NCBI GenBank assembly: GCA_008632985.1 | Contig: QPGO01000195.1 | Location: forward strand, 1-64,000 | Direction of reading: 5' to 3' | Length of the DNA: 64,000 nt | DNA from: Psammoneis japonica | Lineage: Eukaryota | Shown here: positions 38,951 through 48,500 of the stretch, one piece after another | Layout: each line of letters begins with the position of its first letter | Position numbering within the stretch: the first letter of the stretch is position 1 | Made by a program: the position numbers and the translations under genes | The notes under the pieces: generated by a model | What the model was told of the DNA's origin: nothing | The model's database searches: none | Seen by the model: only the letters and a program-made list of their open reading frames with translations

Positions 38951-39469
38951 TCAGCTGACTTTGCTCTTTAGAAAAAAGCCTCTTCCCGAGCACATGATGT
39001 GCTGGCCTTTGCCTTGGAGTGACGGCTTTCCAGGCTGGAATTCAGATTGACCCATTGGAACGACAGACAATCTTCTTTCTTGCAAATTGCACCAAAATCA
39101 ATTGTGTCGGATCGAATTTGTGGGGCAACCAAAGCCATCTCCATTCTGAGGTTCCGTTTTTGAGCAAGATCAAAAAGAGACTGAATCACACAACGTCTCC
39201 ACTGTTCTGTCACAACACTGAATTGGGCAATGTGTCATCCGCCTGCAAATTGGCGTGATGTTCGCGCTGGGGTGACGTGCTTCCATCATGGCACGAATGG
39301 CTGTCCAGCGACACAGCAGATGCGTTGTCACTCTCCTCTGGCTGATCAGCCACAGCAATTTCCATCCCATCAGCAGTCTCATCCAAGTTTCTGCGACGGG
39401 TCATTTGCTCCAAGCATTCAAATTGCGCTGCATCTTGTTCCCAGTCGTGGTCATCTTCAGCAATGGCAG

Positions 39470-40900
39470 AGGCTCAAAGTCGGCAATTTTTACGGACCAA
39501 AAACACAACAGCAGCTGTCACTGCAAGCAGCAAAGGATCAGGTGGTCCGTGCAAGTTCTTTTCTTTGTCATTGCCAAAGGAAATCTTGCACACTCCCCTG
39601 AGCAGCTGCTTGTTGACGGGCAAGCAACCATTTTGCTTTGGAACTTGAGCGGTTTCGCTTCCCATGAGGTTGGTGAATGCTGCGATGCGATCGTTCCGTT
39701 TCCTGATTGCTTCCTCCATTGCCTCTTTGCATCATCAGATGCATTGGAAGGGGTCTGTGGAGGCTTCAAGTGCACCAGAGATTGAACCAGTGCATGTGTC
39801 ATTTGACGCATTGGTGTCAAAGCCAAATTCAAGTTTTCCTCGCGCTGGCATGGCTTGCTTTCATGTCGTTCGCATTGGTCATCCCCACAGCGTCCGCTGC
39901 CCAAAGGTGGCTCTTGCGGTCCTCATCTGCACCCATCAAAACAATGGCATCACAGTCTTCACCGTTCCATTTCAGACATCGCTCACGAGATGGGACAGGT
40001 GGGATTGGCATTTGAGGATCGTTCTTGTCAAGTGACTTCTCATGCTCGTTGATGCGAGCTTTGTTTGCAACAAAGTGGCGCATTCCTGCCCCGCAAACGT
40101 GCTTCTTCCCAGTTTTCGCACCATGGAGCAAACGAAAAACTTCTTCCCATTCAATGGCAGTTGGGTCATGTCCCATGTCCCAACAGGCCACATCACACCA
40201 CTCGACAGCATGGGCAGGTGCATCGGGAAGCAGATGGGCCACCTGACTGCTTTTGATGTCCTCTGACGGCTCTCCAAATGTGTCAACCGGCCACATCTTC
40301 TTCTTGGCGTCACTGGATTGACTTTTGCCATTGAGACCAGCAGTTGGATCATCAGTTTTCATGCAAGCTTCTGTCACCTTGAACTCTTTCACGACATTGT
40401 CGTCGCTCTGTCCTCCTTGGACGGGGTGATCAGGTGGTTTGGCCCGTTTAAAAGCCTCCGCCCAATCAGCACGTGGTTTGCCGTCTTTTTCAGCAATGTC
40501 CACAACACTGAAGTGGGTGACCACATCGTCGGACAATGCCTCATCCAACGAACAAAAGAAAGCCCCCTGCTCCTTGAGGAAATCAATCATGTCCTCCTCT
40601 GAGCCTTCAATCTCCTCGTTCAGTTCATTGAGATGTCTTTGATGGCATTTTGACTTTCTTTTATTTAGTCGCTTGTGCATGCAGGGGGGAACTTCACCAA
40701 GAGGGTCAGTCATCTCTGTCCTCTCCTCTCTGCTGCTTTGTCACCATTGTGCAGGCAGTGAGAAATGCACCGCCGAGTCTTTGTGTGGCGATGTCAACGC
40801 CGACGGCGCCGAGTCTTGGTGTGGCGATGTCCAACGTCGATGGCACCGAGTCTGTTGTCTGCAGCTGTCAATGTCTCTTCAACAATGCGCGTGTCACTGT
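39470..40900 (-). pseudogene. Disrupted HNH-nuclease-like gene (Crinkler-HNH-like)
   Basis: SQVAHLLP...GMRHFVANKARI.EH...D HNH-like spacing; downstream PPDPLLLAV.AA in a shifted frame; Tyr absent. Confidence 0.5.
40771..40853. repeat. 36-37 bp tandem repeat, about 2.3 copies
   Basis: cgccgagtct at 40771 and 40807, caccgagtct at 40844; copies differ by CG->TG/CA (cgacggcgcc vs cgatggcacc). Confidence 0.75.
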
Positions 40901-41589
40901 GCAGCTGCCTTGACCATTTGTTGACGCAATTGCATCCCTCGCCGGATTGAAGGACTTTTTTTCTGTTGACTGCGTGTCTGCAACGGTGGACTTTCAACTT
41001 AACTTGCCAGTGGAGGATGCGAGGACCTGCTCTTCTCACAACTGCACCAACTCCCCATCTTGCAGCACTGCCTTGTCTCATGACCTCACTTTCGACGACT
41101 TTGATGTCAAGCAAAGAAGATGTTGTTGTTGCTGTTGTTCTGTTGTTCTTGATGTTTCAGTGCTCAGCGCCGCTCGGTGCTTGGTGCATGTTGCAGAACA
41201 ACTCCAAGTCATGAGTCTTAAATCATGTCCCGTGTGACCCTCTCGACTCGAATGCTTTGGAAGTTTTGGCCAGACTTTGACCACCTGTGTCTTGCGAGAC
41301 GGCAACAGGCATGTGTTGTTCATGGCATCTGGCACTTCAAAAAAGAATTGACTTTTTGAGGAGCCCCTTCATTGCACGGACAAGTGTGAGAGTCAATTTT
41401 CAGTGATTGGTCAGCTGACGTTCACACTTGTTGCTTCACCCCCCCCCCCCCCCACTCTGCTGGGCCCCACCCCACATGTGTGCTGAACTTCGCATCTGTG
41501 TGCTGTCAGTGTCCATCAAAATGGGTGTTTGGTTTTAAAAATGGGAGGCTGATTTTTGCACATGGCGTCACAGAGCTGGGATGGAAAGC

Positions 41590-42730
41590 AGCTTCCTCTG
41601 TCTTGTTGTTCAACAGATTGACCATTGCTTTTGCCTGCCCGCCCAGCAAGGCGCTTGTTGTCCCGCTTTAAAAGAACATGCATCGGCGCACTCACAGTGG
41701 TGGTGGATTCCACCCAAGAGGGGAGCTCCAGTGACATGCACAAATGGCTCCATTGGAACAAAGCTTGCACAGTTATCCACGACAGTTGCAAAGCCCTGCA
41801 ACGCTTCTCTCACAGCATTTGTGCCATCGCAACCTGGCCTGGCCCCATGCAATTCAATGCGCGCATGCCTGGTTCTCCAACAATGGCAGGCAAGTCCAAA
41901 ATGTTCAGTTCCTTCCTGATGTCACCCAACAAATTGATGAGATTGGACTCACACCCCTTGACACATGGCCAAGGAGGCAGGATCATTCCACCCTTGAAGC
42001 CACACAAGCCCCTCTCAACTTCACAAGAGCCACTGTCACTGGCAGGAGGCAAACAGGTCCTGATGTTTTTGAGTGCTTTGTTGACTTCATCCACCATTTT
42101 ACAATGGCCCCATCCACAGTGGCTTGGCTCAATGCCTTCAAAGTCTCTCTGCCCAGAGCTGGGAGGCCCAAAGTCAACAGCCAGAGTGCAGCTTCTTCCA
42201 AATGCAGCATTGATGAGAAAGACAGTCTCATTGGCACATTGACTGCCAAGCACCCATTCAAAAAGCAACTCTGGCCCAAAGCAACCTTGTGCTGCAAAGC
42301 CCTTGTTTGCCATCAATTGTCCTCCCTGCATGTCCTCAAACTTGACACAGACATTTTCTCACACCTTGTGTGCTTCTCCCAAAGTTTCGCTCCACAGAGC
42401 ATCAGACTGGTGCATGTTGTGAGAGGACAAGAGCAATTCTGCACCAACAAGTCCAGGTGTTTCATGTTGCCCATGCCAACCACATTGGACTGTCCAGCCA
42501 AAACAAGTGCACAGATCAGTTTTGTGCCATTGTCATGAATGTCAGGGATTTGAGGCCAGCATCTGCAAAGCTGACAGCAAAGGAGATGAGGAGCAAAATC
42601 AAACACAATCCAGGCATGATGAAACACACAGAAAGACACACTCTGAAGTCACAACAGTGGCAACAGGCTGCCATTGTCATGTGCCCCAGCAAGTTCAAAG
42701 CACCAAAGCAAAGATCATGCTGCAAGACTG
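41590..42730 (-). pseudogene. Hypermutated duplicate of the SASA esterase gene at 33457-34536
   Basis: Colinear with about 33550-34640 in the same orientation; LAGQSNVVGMGNMKHLD, FGPELLF and LPAIVGE preserved; Tyr->Cys/His changes, frameshifts. Confidence 0.92.
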
Positions 42731-44897
42731 AAAAGATTGTGAAAAAATTGAAGATTCCTGTGCCAAAGAAAAGATCATGCTGCAAGAATGAAAGACAGTG
42801 AAAAAAGACACTTTGAAATTTTGATCATGTCATCTGCACTTTTCTTCCCTGATGCCCCACCAAGGCCACATCACAAATCATCACTCATCACATCCAGAAG
42901 GCATTGTGCCAATCTCACACTGGCATCTCATCTCTTGTGATGTGCCCAGCTGACATCTCAGATGGAGAAAAGTGGGAGGATCAAGTGAGGCAAACAAAAA
43001 AGAAGATCATCAAGTGTGAAAAAAAAGGACAACTTGATCATGCTTGCTTTGAAGTTTGAGCTCTCCACATGTGAGACCTGATTCTTTCACAGAGAGGTCA
43101 CCTCTCTTTCATGTTAAAACCCCATCTCCATTGCTTTGCTTCACACTGGCCCCACCAGGAAAAGAAGAAGAGCCAGGTCATCACTGTGATGATGTCAATG
43201 ACTTGCAAAGCAGCACACGGAGCTGCCGCCACTGCAGAGCTCCGTTCTTTGACCAAGTTGCTGCAGAGAAGAACATGAAGTTGATGAAACAGAGCTTGTG
43301 AAGAATCATGAAAGAAGAAAGTGTTGCTGATGCAGAGAAAGGGGGAAGGAGTGATGAAGCAAAAATTAAAAACTGGTTTGTGCAGCCTGCCTGTTGTGGG
43401 AGCTTGTTGCTCAAAAGCAGTTGATGCCCACATCATCAGGCACCATGTGACAGAACTGAAAAATGTCAACCAAGGCACTCACAGGGTCAAAAGCATCTTT
43501 CATGTTCCAAAGTCTTGGCAAGGTGGTTTTGGCAAATTTCAACTGGAAGCACTGACCGCCCATGGATGCCATGTGGTTTTCATCATCATTTTGTGAGCTT
43601 GAGCACACTTTGCCTGTGACAACAATTGCAAGGACTGTGCACCACACATGTGCTCACCCATTGGAAAATTGTGGGTTGACCCCAAGTTTCCCCCCCATTT
43701 GTTTTGTGACAGTCTCTTTGTCATGATGGCAAGCATCAATGGAGAGAGCAGCACTCAGTGCCAGCCTGATGGAGTGGACTCTGCTGCCAAAATAAAAAAG
43801 ATGTAAAGCTTCTTGCTGTTGTCTGAACACAACACCGCATTGCAGTTCAGGGAATTTTCCCAGGCCTGATTGTGGGCTGTGGCACGTGTTTCTTCCTCAG
43901 AAGTCACTGTTTTGCAAATGGCTCAGCAGGATCACCAGACTCTCAAGGCCAGCCACAAGTGTGTTTTTATTGCATGCCCCACATCTTTGTTTGCTCTTTT
44001 GGCTCAACTTTGTCGCGGCACCTCATGTGGAACGTGGAGTGTGGTTGAAGGAAGAAGCTGCTGCTCAATTTCTGGGTCAAAATTGATGTGTGGCACTTTG
44101 ACACAAAGCAGACAAGGCAGCCAACAAGAGCAAGGAGGAGCTTGGAAAAATGGCAATGTCCATCAAAAGATTCTTCAAAAGCAGCAAAAGAGAGCTTGGT
44201 GCCATTTGGGGCTTTCTGACCGACAAGAGCCTCTCAAGACGGAAACCAAGAAGGCCGCCAGTGCAGTCAATCCAGACATGGCAGAGGAGCAAGCTGGGGA
44301 ATGTGAGTGTTGATGGCACTGAGGGCACACCAGGTATAGTCAGAAGTAGACAGACAGAAGCCCTCCGAAAGTGATCAACAAATGACAGCATAAAAAAAAT
44401 GAAGCATCCGGACAGGTGACTGCTGGCTACCGTAAGACTGCCGGTAGAGCTCTAGAGCCACTGCGACTCTAGAAGCAGCTAGTCAGCAAGAGCCATCAGC
44501 TAGGAAGCAACCTGTTGTAGAACAAAGATGAGGACTGCTTGTAAACACTTTGAACTGGCAGTGTGGAACATTGCAGTGGGTTCGGGATGAATGACTCGGA
44601 CTGAAATGGAAAAGCTGCCATGCCGAAAATATCTCAAGCATGCAACAAAGGTTTCATCACGACTTATCAATATATCACTAGGGCCCTAGCGTTTAAAATA
44701 AGAGGGTCGCCGCCCCATGTCATGCAACAAGCTTAAAAGAATTGAATGCTCATAAGATATAAGATCATCTACACAGCAGGTGATATCGAGAATGCATGCG
44801 TAGTTCCTATCCATGAGAACCATCGCAAAAGGATCGCTACTAACAACCCAAAGTGTTCCGTTCGAATCGGCAATATACATTCATACCTCTTCAAGCT

Positions 44898-45387
44898 TCA
44901 AGGCTGCATGTGGTAGTCCGGATTCTCCTTCATGAATTGTTCTCGCATTTTCTGCAAGCGCCTTTGCTTTAGATCTTCAACCATTTTTGGAAGCTGAAAA
45001 GTCCGCCTTTTCGACAAGTGATGTGGTGCGTGATGAAAAATAAGAAGCGAAATGCCAAACAGTATGGCCAGGATGACAGGTAAGCAAAAAATCTGCAGAA
45101 AAGCAAAGACAAGAATCCGTGAATGAGCGACAAAAGAATGCAGGAGGTTTGAGACTGCGTAATGGAAAAAGAGTTACACTCACCTCTCCCCACGTTTTCG
45201 GTTGATCCCGAGTTTCTTCTGGTCCATAAGCTAGTAAGTCAGATACCGATGGAAGTTGTTTTCGTTGCTTGTAGCGTGGTTTCCGTTCTTCTTCTGAAGT
45301 TCTCTCGACGACGTCGACATCGGTGCTTCTTTTCTTTCCACCACGCTGCCTCAACGAGGTCGTATTTTGATTACTACTTGTAGACAT
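44898..45387 (-). CDS. Small hypothetical single-TM protein, 2 exons
   Basis: MSTSSNQ...PKTWGE | IFCLPVILAILFGISLLIFHH...YHMQP*; GT-AG intron 45183-45093 in frame; normal TA/CG content. Confidence 0.7.
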
Positions 45388-45535
45388 AGCTCGTTTTGAA
45401 GATGTAGTGTGTGTGTATGAGTCAGCCGCCAAAGTGGTTCAACGTCCGCGACGCCATTGGACCAGAGTCACCGCAGTCACCACTCCCGGCTTGGGAGGTC
45501 TGTAATTGGTACGGGAAGAAGAGGAAGAGAAAGAC

Positions 45536-48500
45536 CTCCCACGGATCGTTACATTTTTTTCAGTACTGAGCTAATCTGGCCAGTTAACAAAAATCAAAAA
45601 GTGGAGAACGACTTACAGACCAAATTTTTGTACCAGCCTCTACACATTTTTCTCGTAGACACCATGGCGCTGTTGCGTCGTTTGCACCGTCGTCGTCGCG
45701 TCTTTCTATGGGGTGAGTTATGCACAAGATTCATCTTCTTTGTCCATGTCATGTGTACGCGTTGACCCAGTCTCGACAAGTGCCGTGCGTGTTACAAAAT
45801 GTGTCGTCGACTGAAGCGGTGTGATGACTCGTTAAATTTGTCATCCTCTAACTTTGTTTCTTTTATTTTACCTTCTTTTTTTGTTTGCACTCCAATGTAC
45901 AGCATTTTCTTGTTAAAACACAGGCATGAGTAAGGGGTGACAGAGTATGAGGCGAGTTGTCAACCTTGCAACAAGCGTTTGTGGTCGTCACATCATCTGA
46001 TGGCATGTTCTTTCTTTGTTTTTCGACTGGCCGTTCCTTTGACTTCTTTCGCTCTTGTGGCATCTGCGCTTACCCCTTGTTCTGCCTTGTCTTTCGACAC
46101 GTCAACATCACTTGATGCGGAAACAAAATTGAAGCCTTTCAAGTTGACACAAGGCTTCTCTTTGTTGCCTCTGCATTTGGAAGGCCTGGGAATGACGCTC
46201 ACCAACGCGAGCGCTCTGAGACTCGGGCTCATTCTGGATTTGTGGACAAGGCACCCCTTCATGTTCTTTGCCTTGTTCCTGCGGAAGGTTTCAACAGCAT
46301 GTGTGTCCATTCCAAGGGATTCGAGACTGACTGAATCGTTCCCTGCAGGGTGTTTCCGCACCGAGTTCATCACAGACAGCACACGACAGCCTTCCTTTCT
46401 TCTCGGTGTGGAACCGGTTGTTGACAGATGAGCACAAGCTTTTCGAGAAATTTCATTTCCAATGATGTCTACTTTCAGCAAGTGCCTTTTGGAAGCTGTG
46501 CCAAGAAGCATCTGATTGGCACTTGGGCGATCCGTTCTTGTCGGCTCTCCAAGAATGCTCAATTGTTTGTCTTGTCTGCTTCGTTTTGCCTTCAGATCGA
46601 TCGGCATTGCAGCGGCATTGAAGCAACTGAGAGAATGTCAGCTGCAGAATTAGCAACTCACAATCCTGGGCTGTTGCATTTCTTGTTCCATTGTAGATGA
46701 TTCCTCCCTCAACCATGTCTTCATCTGTGTCCACGCTAAATTCATCAGATGTGTCCGACAAGGCAGCTCCATCGTCGTCGGAGATAGACGATGACGACTC
46801 GCTCGCGACAGCGCCCACTGCACTCGAAGCGACATGTGCCGAGTTGTGGGAGACGGCTGAGCATTCCACATCACTCTCGCACCAGCAGTCACTTTCGTCA
46901 TGAGACGGGTGTGTGCTTTCGACAATGCTCGTCGCACCTTTGCTGCGGTCGCTTGGGCAAGAGCTGCAGCAGCTTGAGTCTTGCAAGCTGTCAGTTGCAA
47001 CACAGTTGGAATCCTCGTCAGATTCTTGGCGCATCACCCATTCATGGCACTCACTCATGTCTGTCAAGGGAGTTCCACCGGCAACATTCAAACGCGCACC
47101 CTTTACCCTGCTCTTTGCTTGAAAGTCCTCTGCTTCCATTTTGCAAACATTCGCAAACATGGCAATGTCGAGGCTCTGTCTTCCCAAATCGCACACAACC
47201 TGGGCAGCCCGGTGCATGTTGCGTGCGTTTTCACAGAGATCGCGTCTGTCTGACGGAGTTGTTCTCTTGGTCTGCTTCTTTGACCTGACAAGCTCTCTGT
47301 GTGTGGCAAGACACTTGCGCATGAGGCCCAAGAAGAATGACCTTCAAGTGAGTCCGTCTTGGTCCGTGGGGAGCGTGTCGCCTGCCTTCAAAAATTTGTT
47401 TCCTTTCTCACAAAGATCGTCCATTGCCATGCCATGCTTTCCTTCATTCATCTTGACAGTGTGGTTGATGAATTCTTCCAGCAATTCTGTGGGAGTCATG
47501 CTGGACGCCACCTCCATCCAAGAGAAGCATGGATTGACGTACTTGGGCTTTCCCGACGTCTGGAAGAGAGGCATGCTCTCGATTAGAATCTTGCACAGGG
47601 TGACCGAATCCGAGTGTTTTGCACTTGAGTCGTGAAGTGGGAGAAGATCAGCAGCTTTGACAAGCAGCGCGTGAAATTGCAGAACTGCGTCCGTCTTGCA
47701 TTTGCTTTGTTGGTCTAGGAACTCTTGAAATCTTTTACCGAAATGAAGGATTTGTTCCAATTCAAGTTCACACTCCTCCGTCGCAGAGTCAATGGCAGCT
47801 TTCCCTTCGGGTTCCGACACGAAACGTTCCAGGAAAAGCAGCTTAAGTTCGCCCTGGCCCATCTTGAGAAGCTCTTTTGCTGCATGAACATCCGATTTAA
47901 TTGGGTCCGCGGTGATGCGTTTCATCCCAAGCATCTCCTTCAACGGCTTCAGGTTGCAGTTGTGGCCAAGCGGAAGATTGCTTCTAAAAGGTGGAAGCCA
48001 ACATGGAGGTCTCCGTGCATTGGTGTCAATGTTTCGCAGGCTGCGAGAAGAGCGTCTTCATCGCTGGCGTGCGAGCCATCCAGGATTGCTTTTTCACAAA
48101 GATCTGCGATGCACTTGTGCACTCCTTCAATGGTTTTCCAGTCTCCGCAAGTGTGTGTCTTCATGTGCGGCAATCGTGCAGTCTTCGTCAACTTCCCACA
48201 ATCGTCCTCCTCCAACGTCTTTGTAAGTGCAAAGAGCTCCCGCAGGTGTTCTCGAAGCCCATCGGCCCTTGTCTCTGCATGGTGTTAGAGTTCTGGCCAC
48301 ACCCACAGCGATTTCTTTTTTGCGTGGCGGTTCCATGTGCCGACCATGCGACTGTGCTCATCAGCCAAGTCGGGTCCAGCAACGTCAATTTTGGAACTCC
48401 ACCAGTCGACCGCCCTACGTTGAGATTCCGTCATGACACGGTTGCGGTTGCCTGGTGCAATGCGCTGTCGAACCAGGTTTTCTTTCAAAAAACTGCATTG

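Larger units (their letters stand above)
34850..44330. mobile_element. Hypermutated block 3: mosaic of transposase fragment, HNH gene and captured host-gene copy
   Basis: TA nearly absent over about 9.5 kb; abrupt return to TA-rich sequence at about 34820 and 44335. Confidence 0.75.

Noticed and set aside
34850..44330. Foreign (viral or contaminant) DNA with natively odd composition
   Set aside because: The block contains a copy of the neighbouring host gene carrying the same signature, so the composition was acquired in place
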